Assembly (NCBI GenBank): GCA_017479985.1
Contig: JAFVBL010000011.1
Span: 464 to 64,463 of the forward strand
Source of the DNA: Alphaproteobacteria bacterium
GTDB lineage: Bacteria > Pseudomonadota > Alphaproteobacteria > RF32 > CAG-239
Direction: 5' to 3'
Length of the DNA stretch: 64,000 bases
Part shown: piece by piece, positions 46,287 through 57,506 of the stretch
Layout of the letters: each line of letters starts with the position of its first letter
Position numbering within the stretch: position 1 is the stretch's first letter
Program-made: the position numbers and the translations under genes
Notes under the pieces: model-generated
The model's input: the letters and a program-made list of their open reading frames with translations, nothing else
What the model was told of the DNA's origin: nothing
Databases searched by the model: none

Positions 46287-48140
46287 TTATTCGACGGATT
46301 GTAAAATTTTGTTGCGTTCAACATTTAATTGTTGATAGCGTTTCATTGCATCTTCTGCTTCAGATGGATTGTTTTTCATTAAAGTCATACATTCTTTTAT
46401 ATCTATATCAATTTGTTTTAATTGAATATTTTTTAACCCTTCTGAAATTTCGTGTTTTAAATCACGTTCATCTGTTTTCTGCAGGCGATACATATCAAGT
46501 TCCCATAAGTTTTCAATTTCAGATTTATAATTCAGCTTTAATTTTTCAATCAGTATTTCCGAATCGAGATGTTCCGATTCTTGATTCAATTCGATAATTT
46601 CATTTAAAATCTTAGCGGTTGCAGATGTGCCGATATCAAAAGACATCAGCTGTTCTTCATATTGCTTTATGAGCTGCGGAAAAATCATCATTGCCGCTAC
46701 TATTTTACGTAAAAACAAATCGGTAAGCGGCGGTTTTTTAACCAAATTATATGATTTCGGCAAAGCATTTTGATATGTTTTGAATTGTGTTTTGGTAAAA
46801 GGTTGCCGTTGAATCTGTTGTTGCGGTGGCGTAGGGGAATTTTGCCTGAGTTTTTGAAAATCCGCACCTTTACCGAAAGTATAATAAATCCTTTTTTTCA
46901 TTTCCTGCATATAATAATTACGGATTTGATTATCTTTTATTTTTGCGACTTCTTCATAGGTTTCTTTTTCAATAAGAGCCTTTTGTTCCGGTGTTTCGGT
47001 CTCTTTATTCATTTTGCATTTGTGCCACAATATATCGACAAGCGGTTTGGCGCGGCTCAAATAACGTTCAAAAACAGCCGGTCCGAGTGTATGCAACAGT
47101 TCATCGGGGTCTTTTTTCTCTTTTAAGAAAATGTAATTCACCGAATATCCGGCACGTAAAATCGGCAAAACACGATCAACCGAACGAATGGCGGCCTTAA
47201 CGCCGGCGCCGTCTCCGTCAAAACACAGTGTCGGGTTGGCACAGACTTTCCACGCCTCAATGATTTGCTCTTCCGTTAAGGCGGTTCCGAGCGGTGCGAC
47301 GGCATAACCGAAATTAAAGCTGTCGAGTGCGATAACGTCCATATAGCCTTCGCAGATTATCAACCGTTTTTGAGCATAGGCCGGCTCACGGGCGTTATTC
47401 ATATTGTATAAAATGCGTCGTTTATTGAAAACGGGGGTTTCCGGCGAATTTAAATATTTCGGCTGTCCGTCGCCCAAAATCCGCCCGCCGAACGCGATAA
47501 TGTTTTTTTGTTTATCCATAATCGGAATCATCACACGGTCCCGAAAAAAATCGCTCGGTGTACGGGTTGTATCTTCGGGCGACGTAATCAGGCCCAAATC
47601 AGCCATATCCTGTTCGGATACGCCTTTTGAGGCAAGCTCTGCCTTTAAGCCGTTGTTATTCGGCGCATATCCCAATCGAAATTTTTTAATAATGTCATCA
47701 CTTAAACCGCGTTTGTTACGAAAATAATTCAATCCTTGCGCACCAACCGGCATATAGAGATTTTTTTCATAAAATACGGCTGCCATTTCCATAATTTCAT
47801 ACAGTGATTTACGATGCTGCGCCGCTTCCTGATTTTCTTTGGACAGCGGCGGCAGAGTCATTCCGACCCGTGCGGCAAGTTTTTTAACCGCATCAATAAA
47901 CGGCAAGCCGTCTTTATTCATCAAAAAAGTTACGGCATCACCGTGTGCGCCGCAACCGAAACAATGGTAAAACCCTTTACTTTCGTTAATTGTAAACGAC
48001 GGTGTTTTTTCCTGATGAAAAGGGCATAAACCGGTATATTCGCGGCCGCGTTTTTGTAATTTTACTTTTTCTCCGACAACTTCGGAGATAGAAACACGGC
48101 TGCGTAGTTCATCGATAAATTTGGCAAAATCGTCGTTCAT
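46287..48140 (-). CDS. dnaG: DNA primase DnaG
   Basis: Zinc finger CPFHQEKTPSF....YHCFGCGAHGD, Toprim EGYMDV and DGDGAG motifs. dnaG-rpoD order. Confidence 0.95.
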   Translation of the reverse strand: MNDDFAKFIDELRSRVSISEVVGEKVKLQKRGREYTGLCPFHQEKTPSFTINESKGFYHCFGCGAHGDAVTFLMNKDGLPFIDAVKKLAARVGMTLPPLSKENQEAAQHRKSLYEIMEMAAVFYEKNLYMPVGAQGLNYFRNKRGLSDDIIKKFRLGYAPNNNGLKAELASKGVSEQDMADLGLITSPEDTTRTPSDFFRDRVMIPIMDKQKNIIAFGGRILGDGQPKYLNSPETPVFNKRRILYNMNNAREPAYAQKRLIICEGYMDVIALDSFNFGYAVAPLGTALTEEQIIEAWKVCANPTLCFDGDGAGVKAAIRSVDRVLPILRAGYSVNYIFLKEKKDPDELLHTLGPAVFERYLSRAKPLVDILWHKCKMNKETETPEQKALIEKETYEEVAKIKDNQIRNYYMQEMKKRIYYTFGKGADFQKLRQNSPTPPQQQIQRQPFTKTQFKTYQNALPKSYNLVKKPPLTDLFLRKIVAAMMIFPQLIKQYEEQLMSFDIGTSATAKILNEIIELNQESEHLDSEILIEKLKLNYKSEIENLWELDMYRLQKTDERDLKHEISEGLKNIQLKQIDIDIKECMTLMKNNPSEAEDAMKRYQQLNVERNKILQSVE

Positions 48141-48149
48141 AAAACCTCA

Positions 48150-48602
48150 TTAAGCCAAGATTTTTTTAATAATCGCCGAAGCGGCACCGAAATCCATCTG
48201 ACCGGCATATTGATTTTTCAGAGCGCCCATAACTTTTCCCATATCCTTGATTGAGGTTGCACCCAGTTGACCGACGACTGCTTTGATGGCATTTTCTATT
48301 TCATCGGTGTTCATCTGTTTCGGCAAAAAGCGACTGATGACATCAATTTCGGATTGTTCCTTCTGCGCCAAATCCGGACGGTTACCGTCGGTATAAATCT
48401 TTATAGATTCGTTTCTTTGTTTAATCATCGACTGCATCATTGCAAGCAAAACTTCATCTGAGGCTTTTTCCAACCCTTTGCCGCGTGCTTCAACATCTTT
48501 TTCTTTTTGACCGGCAATAATCAAACGGACGGCGTTTACCGTTTGTGTATCACGGTTTTTCATTGCTTCTTTCAGGCTGTTTAATAAATCATCTCTTAAC
48601 AT
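48150..48602 (-). CDS. GatB/YqeY domain-containing protein
   Basis: LK.AMK......V...R.I......KE, then MG.VMG.LK...G..DF..AS..IK..L. 150 aa. Confidence 0.85.
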   Translation of the reverse strand: MLRDDLLNSLKEAMKNRDTQTVNAVRLIIAGQKEKDVEARGKGLEKASDEVLLAMMQSMIKQRNESIKIYTDGNRPDLAQKEQSEIDVISRFLPKQMNTDEIENAIKAVVGQLGATSIKDMGKVMGALKNQYAGQMDFGAASAIIKKILA

Positions 48603-48619
48603 TTTTTATCCTTTCATTT

Positions 48620-49426
48620 TTAATCAATTTCAACATCTTTTTCAAGAGAGAGTCTGACTTTTTGCGCTTGTGCATTCGGACGTTTCATTACAATCCGAAA
48701 CAGAGCGCTGAAATCCGGTTCCAATTGACGTTTTTCAAGCATTGCCGTCTGTTCGTGCATCACTCGGTTATTTGTATCCAGCACAACAGCTTTGACCGGC
48801 AATAACGTCACAATATGTTTTCCGTTATTAAAGATTCGCCCGCTTATTTCCAATTTTGAACGTCCTTTAACGCGTATATTTTTTATTTGCACATCTTCAA
48901 TTGTCAAATCTTTACCGCTGTACAGACTGTCAAAATCCATTTTGGCGTAAACATAGTCCATTCCCGGAATATCCGCAGCAATATCATAACGATAGCGATA
49001 TAAAAGCACACCGGCAAGCAAAATGCTTATCGGCAACAAAAAAGCGATAATCGCGTAAACCGTCACCGTATTTAAGATGTAGTGCCGTATTTTTTGAAAA
49101 ATATTCATCGAATCGACACTGCTGCCGGAAGCAAACAATGTTTTTGTGTTTTGCGACAAACGGTTAAACATTGCATCAAGGTCTTCATCAATATTTTTAT
49201 TGCTCGGCGCAATTTCTTTTGCTGTTTCATTTTCGGCAATCAAATTATCGGAATTATCTTTTTTTTCGGGAAAAGATTTGTTTTCTTCTTTTGAGAACTC
49301 TTTATCACTCGGGTATACAATCCATATATCCCCGCATTCCGCACATTTGAATTTTTTGCCTTTCTCCGGTATTTTTTTATTTGAAATATCGTATACCGAA
49401 TGGCATTTCGGACAACTTATTAACAT
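48620..49426 (-). CDS. MJ0042-type zinc-ribbon membrane protein (DUF3426-like C-terminus)
   Basis: N-terminal ISCPKCHSVYDI......KGKKFKCAECGDIW, a central TM, and a beta-rich C-terminal domain. Divergent from ftsE, as in many Alphaproteobacteria. Confidence 0.7.
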   Translation of the reverse strand: MLISCPKCHSVYDISNKKIPEKGKKFKCAECGDIWIVYPSDKEFSKEENKSFPEKKDNSDNLIAENETAKEIAPSNKNIDEDLDAMFNRLSQNTKTLFASGSSVDSMNIFQKIRHYILNTVTVYAIIAFLLPISILLAGVLLYRYRYDIAADIPGMDYVYAKMDFDSLYSGKDLTIEDVQIKNIRVKGRSKLEISGRIFNNGKHIVTLLPVKAVVLDTNNRVMHEQTAMLEKRQLEPDFSALFRIVMKRPNAQAQKVRLSLEKDVEID

Positions 49427-49550
49427 ATTAACCTCTTTTTTTTACACTATATTCTAAAAATATTGATAAGCAATTAAAAAAAATATTTTATTAAACGGAT
49501 TTATATTGTATTATCGTTCAGAGTTCAGACTTTTACTTAAAGGAGGGGGT

Positions 49551-50255
49551 ATGTCTGAGATTGCAACCAATGTACAACAACCTATAATAGATATGCAAAA
49601 CGTTGCCGTCGGCTATGACGGAAAGGATATCTTAAGCAACATTCATTTATCTTTGCAACCGGGCTCTTTCAGCTTTGTCACCGGACGAAGCGGTGCCGGC
49701 AAAACAACTCTTTTAAGTATGCTTTATTTGATTAAAAAGCCGAGTAAAGGGATTTTAAATGTATTCGGCAATAACATCAATTTTACAAACAGGCAGAATT
49801 TGGCACTGTTGCGGCAAAAAATCGGTGTGGTATTTCAGGATTTCAGATTGTTGGAGCATTTGAGCGTTTACGATAATATTGCTTTGCCGCTCAGAGTACG
49901 CGGTATGAACGAAAAAGAGGTGAATCGACGCGTTATAGAGCTTTTAAGATGGATTGAAATGCATAAAAGCGTTTATCAATTATGCAGTACGCTTTCCGGC
50001 GGTGAAAAACAACGTGTGGCGATTGCCAGAGCCGTTATTAACCGGCCGGATATATTGTTTGCCGACGAGCCGACCGGAAGCGTCGATGCGGAAATCGCAA
50101 AAAAATTGATGCGTTTGTTTGTCGAGCTGAATAAAGTCGGCACAACGGTTGTGATTGCAACCCATAACGAGCAATTGACGTCAGAATATAATTTTCAACG
50201 AATCGAATTATCTAACGGTACGGCAAAGCTGTATCCTGCGTTAAGAAAAATTTAG
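49551..50255 (+). CDS. ftsE: Cell division ATP-binding protein FtsE
   Basis: SD AAAGGAGGGGG. Walker A GRSGAGKTT, signature [14 protein letters not shown], Walker B ILFADEPTGSVD. Confidence 0.9.
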   Translation: MSEIATNVQQPIIDMQNVAVGYDGKDILSNIHLSLQPGSFSFVTGRSGAGKTTLLSMLYLIKKPSKGILNVFGNNINFTNRQNLALLRQKIGVVFQDFRLLEHLSVYDNIALPLRVRGMNEKEVNRRVIELLRWIEMHKSVYQLCSTLSGGEKQRVAIARAVINRPDILFADEPTGSVDAEIAKKLMRLFVELNKVGTTVVIATHNEQLTSEYNFQRIELSNGTAKLYPALRKI

Positions 50256-50267
50256 CGGAGAAATAAG

Positions 50268-51176
50268 ATGGATAAAGAGCTTATACGCAAAAACGAAATC
50301 ACCGTGGAAGATGAAGATACTTCTTTGTTTATGTATGTATTGTCATCTATTTATATGTATTTGTTTGTGGTTGTTCTGGCTATGGTAATGGCGATTCACG
50401 CAATGGTAAACAATTGGGAAAAAGATATTGTCGGAGCCATAACGGTTCAGGTTTCTCCCGTGGAAGACGAAAATAAAAAAATTGATACCGAAAAGACCGA
50501 GCAGGCGGTTAATCAGGTTTTGCAATATATGGAAAACGTCAGCGGTGTCAAAAGTGTACACGTTTTGGACGATAAAAGTATCGAAAAGTTAATGACCCCG
50601 TGGCTCGGTAATAAAATTGATGTGGGAACTCTGCCGATTCCGAAATTGCTTGATGTTCAGCTTGATACAGATGAAGCCCTTAATTATGACGAAATTACGC
50701 AAGGATTGCATAAACTGACGCCGAATGCTTCGATTGACAATCATCGTTTGTGGCTGAATCGTCTGCTTAAATTTGCCGGTTCGCTGAATACGTTGGCACT
50801 GGCTGTGTTGATTATGGTTATTGCGATTTGCGCGTTTTCGATTTATTATTCGGCACGCACCAGTTTGAATATCAATATAAATTCGATTGAAATTCTGCAT
50901 ATTATCGGTGCACAAGATGATTACATCGCACGTCAATATGCGCGCAGTTACGGTAAAATAGGTTTCTTTGCCGGAATTATCGGATTGATGTTTGCCGTAC
51001 CGAGCATTATTATTATCGGAAAATACGGAATATCCACCGGTAGCGGACTTTTAAGCGGTGCCGGACTTTCGAGATTGAGTTGGTGTGTTATTATGACTGC
51101 ACCGGTTCTGTCGTATTTTTATGCCCGAGTTACGGCTTATTATACAGTACGGAAATCTTTGGAGAAAATGTTTTGA
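50268..51176 (+). CDS. ftsX: Cell division permease-like protein FtsX
   Basis: One TM, a periplasmic domain, then three C-terminal TMs. Directly follows ftsE. Confidence 0.85.
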   Translation: MDKELIRKNEITVEDEDTSLFMYVLSSIYMYLFVVVLAMVMAIHAMVNNWEKDIVGAITVQVSPVEDENKKIDTEKTEQAVNQVLQYMENVSGVKSVHVLDDKSIEKLMTPWLGNKIDVGTLPIPKLLDVQLDTDEALNYDEITQGLHKLTPNASIDNHRLWLNRLLKFAGSLNTLALAVLIMVIAICAFSIYYSARTSLNININSIEILHIIGAQDDYIARQYARSYGKIGFFAGIIGLMFAVPSIIIIGKYGISTGSGLLSGAGLSRLSWCVIMTAPVLSYFYARVTAYYTVRKSLEKMF

Positions 51177-51763
51177 TGTTGTTAAAGAAAAAATATCTGC
51201 TGTACGGATTAGCGGCGTGTCTGCTCGGTTTGTGGCTCTGCGGTTTTTTCTTTTTTGCATACGGCATCAATCATTATAAACCTGACAATACACATACGGA
51301 CGCTATCGTTGTTTTAACCGGCGGACGCAACCGGATTGCCGAAGCTATTTCACTTTTAAATGGCGGATTGGCGGATAAATTGTTTATTTCAGGTGTTGCA
51401 AAAGCGGCAAATATTACCGAAATCGAAAATAAAGCCGGTGTCAGACTGCTGCTACCCGAAAAGGTTGAATTGGGATATAAGGCGCAAAATACCGTCGGTA
51501 ATGCCTCGGAAGTGAAAGAATGGATTGAAAAAAATCAAATAAAATCCGTACGGCTCGTAACATCAAATTATCATTTGCCACGCAGTATGGCTGAGCTTTC
51601 GGCGTATCATTTATCGCTGAAAGTTATTCCTCATCCGGTGTATTCCGAAAAAATTTCCCAGAAGTGGTGGTGCAATTGGGGCACCTTAAAGTTTATTTTT
51701 GCCGAATACAATAAGTATGTGTATGTTTGTTTGCGCAATTTGATTAAAACAGGGAGAAAATAA
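51176..51763 (+). CDS. DUF218 (SanA/YdcF/ElyC-like) membrane-anchored protein
   Basis: N-terminal TM, DAIVVLTGG..R, GNASE and VTSNYHLPRS motifs. The start overlaps the ftsX stop (TGATG). Confidence 0.8.
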   Translation: MLLKKKYLLYGLAACLLGLWLCGFFFFAYGINHYKPDNTHTDAIVVLTGGRNRIAEAISLLNGGLADKLFISGVAKAANITEIENKAGVRLLLPEKVELGYKAQNTVGNASEVKEWIEKNQIKSVRLVTSNYHLPRSMAELSAYHLSLKVIPHPVYSEKISQKWWCNWGTLKFIFAEYNKYVYVCLRNLIKTGRK

Positions 51764-51764
51764 A

Positions 51765-52532
51765 ATGATATATATTCGTTCTTTGCTGGCCAATATATTC
51801 TTTTTTACGACGATTATAATCGGTTGTATTATTCAGCTGCCGGTGGCGGTTTTTCCGCAGAAAGTAACGATTTTTTACTGGGATAAACTAATAATGCCGA
51901 TTGCGTTGTTCTGGATTCGCTTTTTTGCAGGGCTGAAACTTGAAGTACGCGGCACGGAAAATATTAAAGCGCATAATGTGATTTACGGCTGCAAACACGA
52001 ATCTGCTTTGGAAACATACGCGTTTACGCATTTTGCGCCGACAACGACCTATATTTTGAAAAAAGAACTTATTTTTATGCCGTTTTTCGGTTGGGCGCAA
52101 TATTTTTACGGTATGATACCTGTCAATCGCAAAGGTGGTGCGGCAGCAATGAAACATATGTTATCTGAGGTTAAAAAACGTACAGACACGGAGCGTCCGG
52201 TTGTTATTTTTCCGGAAGGTACGCGGTGTGCACCGGGTACAACAAAAGGTTATAAGTCAGGTATTTTCTTTTTGGCGGAAAATCTGCATTTATCGGTGGT
52301 ACCGGTTGCCGTAAATACCGGTTTGTTTTGGGCAAAAAACTCTTTTTTGCGATATCCGGGAACAGCTGTCTTTGAATTTTTGCCGCCGATTTCCGCCGAA
52401 GGTAAGACTAAAGAAGAATTTATGAAGGAATTGCAAGATGTTATAGAAGCCAAATGTGCCGAACTTCATCGAGAAGCGGTTGATAAATATCCGTATGTCA
52501 AAAAACACCTGATTCAAACCGAAAAGGAATAA
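51765..52532 (+). CDS. plsC: 1-acyl-sn-glycerol-3-phosphate acyltransferase
   Basis: Acyltransferase blocks KHESALE (variant of HxxxxD), FFGW, VIFPEGTR and VPV. N-terminal TM. Confidence 0.8.
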   Translation: MIYIRSLLANIFFFTTIIIGCIIQLPVAVFPQKVTIFYWDKLIMPIALFWIRFFAGLKLEVRGTENIKAHNVIYGCKHESALETYAFTHFAPTTTYILKKELIFMPFFGWAQYFYGMIPVNRKGGAAAMKHMLSEVKKRTDTERPVVIFPEGTRCAPGTTKGYKSGIFFLAENLHLSVVPVAVNTGLFWAKNSFLRYPGTAVFEFLPPISAEGKTKEEFMKELQDVIEAKCAELHREAVDKYPYVKKHLIQTEKE

Positions 52533-52534
52533 AT

Positions 52535-54274
52535 ATGCCGAAAATATATGATTTTTTTAAAAGCGTCTGTACATTTCTCGGCGCATTGATGATTGTGAGC
52601 GGAATTGTCGGCGGTGTGGGATATTGGTATAATAACCGCGTATCGAACATTCCACAGCACACAATGCTGATGATTGACTTCAGTCATAATTACAATGAAA
52701 CACCGAGCGACAGTCTGATGAATGAATTGCTGGACCGACAATCTCTGCCGTTGCAACGTTTGATTGAAGCCATAGAAATGGCGGCAACAGATTCAAGAAT
52801 CGACGGAATTGTGGCTCGTATAGATATTTCCGATTTGGAATTGGCGCAAATTCAAGATGTGGCACGTGCGATTACTCTTTTCCGTTCAAGCGGCAAGCAA
52901 ACACTTGTTTTTTCGCAAGGTTTCGGTCCGATGGGGCAGGGAAACCGCGAATATTATCTGGCAACTTTTTTTGATAAGATTTATATGCAACCGCATACAA
53001 CCATCGGCTTAACCGGTATCAGTATGGAGTTGCCGTTTGCCCGCAGTGTTTTGGATAAAATCGGTGTTTATCCGGAATTTTATACACGTTATGAGCATAA
53101 AACGGCAATGATGAACTTTACGGATAAAAATATCTCTCCGATTTATAAAGCCGATATGGAACGGCTGAGCAACAGTCTGATGAACGAATTGAAAAAAGGG
53201 ATTATCGAAAATCGGCAGTTGACCGAAAATATCGATACGATTATCAATAAGGCACCCTTAAGTGCCGAGGACGGTATTACGCTTAACCTGATTGATGAGA
53301 TTTTATATCTGCCGCAACTTGATAAAAAATTAAAAGATACGGGTATTCAGGGATTTATGAATATCGAAACTTATGCCGAACATATTCAGCCGAATACCGG
53401 CGATTTGCCGGCAATAGCCATTTTGAATTTAAACGGCGTAATTGATTCCGGAGAAAGTTCGACTGATATTGACGGTGAATTTACCATCGGCAGCCGCGAT
53501 GTTTTGGGTGATATATCCGAAATCGCCGATATGGATAATATTAAGGCGGTTGTAGTGCGGATTGACAGCCCCGGCGGCAGCTATAATGCAGCCGATGAAA
53601 TCTATTTTGCCCTCAAAAATCTGAAAGCAGAAAAAAATATTCCGATTATTGTATCTCAGTCAGGCTATGCGGCATCGGGCGGATATTTTATATCGTTGGC
53701 AGGTGATGAAATTTTTGCCGAACCGACAACGATTACCGGCTCAATCGGTGTTTTGGGCGGCAAATTTATTTTACAAAAATTATGGGATAAAATCGGGGTA
53801 AATTGGGCAGATATTAAGGTTGGTGAAAATGCCGATATTTTGAGTATGAATCAACCTTTTTCAGATAAAGAACGCAAAATTTTCAATCAATCGCTTGATG
53901 AAGTATATCTGGATTTTACACAAAAAGTTGCAGAAAACAGACCGCTTAAAGAAGATATAAACAAAATTGCACGAGGCAGAGTTTGGACCGGTCGCGAAGC
54001 ATTGGAACTCGGGTTAATCGATACACTCGGAAATTTGGAAGATGCTGTGTTATCGGCAAAACGCAAAGGCGGTATCGCGGACGGCGAAAAATATACAATC
54101 ATCGCATTTCCGAAAGAAAAGAATTTCAGCGACAAAATCAAAGAATTGATTATGTCCGGTGATGTCAAAATGAATAAAGTTTTACAACAAAGCGGTGTTG
54201 ATATCCGCTATTTAAAACTTTTCAAACGGCTGCAATATGATACTGTATTGTTACCGTTTATGCTCAATATTTAG
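52535..54274 (+). CDS. sppA: Signal peptide peptidase SppA, 67K type (tandem S49 domains)
   Basis: Two S49 halves. The second carries VVRIDSPGGS, the catalytic-region GYAASGGYFISL, and TGSIGV. Confidence 0.85.
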   Translation: MPKIYDFFKSVCTFLGALMIVSGIVGGVGYWYNNRVSNIPQHTMLMIDFSHNYNETPSDSLMNELLDRQSLPLQRLIEAIEMAATDSRIDGIVARIDISDLELAQIQDVARAITLFRSSGKQTLVFSQGFGPMGQGNREYYLATFFDKIYMQPHTTIGLTGISMELPFARSVLDKIGVYPEFYTRYEHKTAMMNFTDKNISPIYKADMERLSNSLMNELKKGIIENRQLTENIDTIINKAPLSAEDGITLNLIDEILYLPQLDKKLKDTGIQGFMNIETYAEHIQPNTGDLPAIAILNLNGVIDSGESSTDIDGEFTIGSRDVLGDISEIADMDNIKAVVVRIDSPGGSYNAADEIYFALKNLKAEKNIPIIVSQSGYAASGGYFISLAGDEIFAEPTTITGSIGVLGGKFILQKLWDKIGVNWADIKVGENADILSMNQPFSDKERKIFNQSLDEVYLDFTQKVAENRPLKEDINKIARGRVWTGREALELGLIDTLGNLEDAVLSAKRKGGIADGEKYTIIAFPKEKNFSDKIKELIMSGDVKMNKVLQQSGVDIRYLKLFKRLQYDTVLLPFMLNI

Positions 54275-54294
54275 AAAAAAAAGAGGAAAAAACT

Positions 54295-54582
54295 ATGGCA
54301 ACAGATACCCAAACCGTAAAGAGAACCGCATTTCTCTCACGTTTGAAAATAGAAGATGATAAAATTGAAGCAACAAAAGAAGAATTCAATAAAATTCTGA
54401 ACTGGATTGAAGAACTGAATGAAATCAACACAGATGATGTTGAGCCGCTGATTGCGGTAAATAACACGCCTCTCAGAATACGTGAAGATGAAGTAACGGC
54501 AGGAAATTGCCGCGAAGATATATTAAAAAACGCTCCGTCGGCGGAATATGACTATTTTGCCGTACCGAAAGTTGTGGAGTAA
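54295..54582 (+). CDS. gatC: Asp-tRNA(Asn)/Glu-tRNA(Gln) amidotransferase subunit GatC
   Basis: 95 aa with LSRL.I..D....EF..IL.WIE.L.E..T. Precedes gatA. Confidence 0.9.
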   Translation: MATDTQTVKRTAFLSRLKIEDDKIEATKEEFNKILNWIEELNEINTDDVEPLIAVNNTPLRIREDEVTAGNCREDILKNAPSAEYDYFAVPKVVE

Positions 54583-54586
54583 GATT

Positions 54587-56041
54587 ATGACAGATATTAC
54601 GAAATTAACCGTCAGTGAGGCGCTGAACGCCTTAAAAAACAAAGAATTTACCGCATCGGAATTAACCGAGGCGTATTTGCATAATATGGAAAACGAACGT
54701 CAATATAATGCGTATATTACCGAATGTGCCGATATTGCTTTAACACAGGCCGCCGAGGCAGATAAACACTATGCAAACGGCACAAATCGTGCGTTGGAGG
54801 GGATTCCGCTCGGTATTAAGGATTTGTTCTGCACAAAAAATATTCGCACAACAGCGGCATCACATATTCTCGATAATTTCGTGCCGCCGTATGAATCAAC
54901 CGTCACGCAAAATCTGCTTGATGACGGCGCTGTGTTTTTAGGAAAGCTGAACTTAGATGAGTTTGCAATGGGCGGCAGTAACGAAACAAGTTATTTCGGA
55001 CCGGTGGTTAATCCGTGGAGCAAAGATAAACCTCTGGTTCCGGGCGGTTCTTCCGGCGGTTCGGCAGCGGCTGTGGCGGCGCACTTATGTGCGGCGGCTA
55101 CCGGTACGGATACCGGCGGTTCAATCAGAGAACCGGCAGCATTTTGCGGTATTACCGGCATTAAACCGACATACGGACGTTGCTCGCGTTACGGCATTGT
55201 GGCATTTGCTTCTTCGTTGGATCAAGCCGGTCCGATTGCGCAAGATGTACGCGACTGTGCGATTTTACTGAAAAGTATGGCCGGATTTGATGAAAAAGAT
55301 TCAACCTCTTATAAAACGGAAGTTCCTGATTTTGAAAGCTTTATGGATAAAGATATTGCCGGTCTGACAATCGGTTTACCCAAAGAATATCGTCCGGACG
55401 GAATGAATCCGGAAATATGTGCTTATTGGGATAAAGCCGCGGAATACTTAAAAGCGCGTGGAGCAAAAGTTAAGGAAATATCGTTGCCGCATACAAAATA
55501 TGCTTTGGCTACGTATTATGTTTTGGCACCGGCGGAAGCATCATCAAACTTGGCGCGTTATGACGGTATTCGGTACGGTTTCCGCGCTGAAGGTCAACAC
55601 TTGGACGATTTATACACAAACACCCGCACACAAGGTTTCGGCGCGGAGGTGAAACGGCGTATTATGATTGGAACATACGTTTTATCCTCCGGTTATTATG
55701 ACGCGTATTTTTTAAAAGCGCAGAAAATGCGGCGGCTTATATATAACGATTTTATGGACGCATTTAAACAATGCGATGTTATTCTGACTCCGACATCACC
55801 GATTACAGCCTTTCCGATTGGAGATGAAAGTATGCTGCAAAATCCGATAAATATGTATCTCAACGATGTATTTACGGTTTCGGTGAATTTGGCTGGATTA
55901 CCGGCACTCAGTCTGCCGATAGGGCTTTCCGCAACAGGTCTGCCGTACGGTATGCAGCTTATCGGCAAGCCGTTTGACGAAGGTACGCTGTTCAGTGTGG
56001 CGGCAAAAATCGAAACAGATGCAAAGTTTGAAAGGATTTAA
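54587..56041 (+). CDS. gatA: Amidotransferase subunit GatA
   Basis: Amidase signature [13 protein letters not shown].....[18 protein letters not shown] before the ATG at 54587. Confidence 0.95.
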   Translation: MTDITKLTVSEALNALKNKEFTASELTEAYLHNMENERQYNAYITECADIALTQAAEADKHYANGTNRALEGIPLGIKDLFCTKNIRTTAASHILDNFVPPYESTVTQNLLDDGAVFLGKLNLDEFAMGGSNETSYFGPVVNPWSKDKPLVPGGSSGGSAAAVAAHLCAAATGTDTGGSIREPAAFCGITGIKPTYGRCSRYGIVAFASSLDQAGPIAQDVRDCAILLKSMAGFDEKDSTSYKTEVPDFESFMDKDIAGLTIGLPKEYRPDGMNPEICAYWDKAAEYLKARGAKVKEISLPHTKYALATYYVLAPAEASSNLARYDGIRYGFRAEGQHLDDLYTNTRTQGFGAEVKRRIMIGTYVLSSGYYDAYFLKAQKMRRLIYNDFMDAFKQCDVILTPTSPITAFPIGDESMLQNPINMYLNDVFTVSVNLAGLPALSLPIGLSATGLPYGMQLIGKPFDEGTLFSVAAKIETDAKFERI

Positions 56042-56044
56042 ACA

Positions 56045-57505
56045 ATGGCTGAATATATTATCGAAACGGCTAAAGGAAAATGGGAAATCGTTGTCGGATT
56101 GGAAATTCACTGCCAGATTATATCCAAATCCAAAATTTTCAGCGGTGCTTCAACCGAATTCGGTGATGACCCGAACATTAACGTATCGTTTGTCGATGCA
56201 GGTATGCCGGGAATGTTGCCGACACTCAATAAAGAATGTGTACATCAGGCAGTTAAAACAGGATTGGGGTTAAATGCCAAAATCAATAAATATTCCGAAT
56301 TTTCACGCAAAAATTATTTTTATGCCGATATGCCGACAGATTATCAAATCACACAATTCCGTTATCCGATTGTCGGGGAGGGAGAAATTACGATTGATTT
56401 GAGCGACGGAAGTACCAAGAAAATCGGTATCGAACGAATGCATATCGAGCAAGATGCCGGCAAATCCATTCACGATTTAAGCCCGACGAAAAGCTATATT
56501 GATTTAAATCGCGCCGGTGTCGGGTTGATGGAAATTGTGACCAAGCCGGATTTCAGGGCACCGGAAGAAGCCGGAGCATTTTTACGTAAATTGCGCTCGA
56601 TTCTGCGCTATCTCGGTACGTGTGACGGAAATATGGACGAAGGTTCTATGCGTTGCGATGTGAATGTGTCGGTACGTCCGTACGGTTCCGATGAATTGCG
56701 TTCACGCAGCGAGATGAAGAACGTTAACAGCGTTAAATTTGTTATGCAAGCTATTGAAAACGAAGCTAAAAGACATATCGAGATTTATGAAAGCGGCGGA
56801 ACGATTGAACAAGAAACACGTCAGTTTGATCCGACTACAGGACAGAGTAAATTGATGCGCAAGAAAGAATTTGCGCACGATTATCGTTATTTTCCGGAAC
56901 CTGATTTGCCGCCGTTGATACTTTCTGATGAATATATAGACAGTATACGTGCCGAGATGATTGAACTACCGGACGCAAAAAAACAACGCTTTGTGGAAAC
57001 ACTCGGCTTGACACCGTATGACGCAACGGTTTTATGTGAAAATAAAGAGCACGCGGCATTTTTTGAAAAAGCGGCAGCCGGTCACGATGCCAAAAAAGTG
57101 GCAAATTGGATGATGAGCGATTTCTTTGCTATGCTTAACAAAAAACGTTTGGATATCGCCCAAAGTCCGGTCAGTGCAGAAAATCTGGGTAATTTGGTCG
57201 AACTTATCAGCAAAGAGGTTATTTCAGGTAAAATCGCCAAAGATGTATTTGAAATTATGAGTGAAACCGGTAAAAGTCCGGAAAAAATCGTTGAGGAAAA
57301 AGGCTTGAAACAAGTAACGGATACAGGTGCCATTGAAACTATTATCAATGAAGTCATTGCATCTAATCCGGATAATGTTTCAGCATATAAAAACGGTAAA
57401 ACAAATTTGGCCGGTTGGTTTGTGGGGCAGGTGATTAAACAATCGCAAGGTAAGGCAAATCCGGCTATTGTCAATAAATTAGTCAGAGAAAAATTGGATA
57501 AATAA
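56045..57505 (+). CDS. gatB: Amidotransferase subunit GatB
   Basis: [25 protein letters not shown] and a YqeY-like C-terminal domain. Confidence 0.95.
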   Translation: MAEYIIETAKGKWEIVVGLEIHCQIISKSKIFSGASTEFGDDPNINVSFVDAGMPGMLPTLNKECVHQAVKTGLGLNAKINKYSEFSRKNYFYADMPTDYQITQFRYPIVGEGEITIDLSDGSTKKIGIERMHIEQDAGKSIHDLSPTKSYIDLNRAGVGLMEIVTKPDFRAPEEAGAFLRKLRSILRYLGTCDGNMDEGSMRCDVNVSVRPYGSDELRSRSEMKNVNSVKFVMQAIENEAKRHIEIYESGGTIEQETRQFDPTTGQSKLMRKKEFAHDYRYFPEPDLPPLILSDEYIDSIRAEMIELPDAKKQRFVETLGLTPYDATVLCENKEHAAFFEKAAAGHDAKKVANWMMSDFFAMLNKKRLDIAQSPVSAENLGNLVELISKEVISGKIAKDVFEIMSETGKSPEKIVEEKGLKQVTDTGAIETIINEVIASNPDNVSAYKNGKTNLAGWFVGQVIKQSQGKANPAIVNKLVREKLDK

Positions 57506-57506
57506 A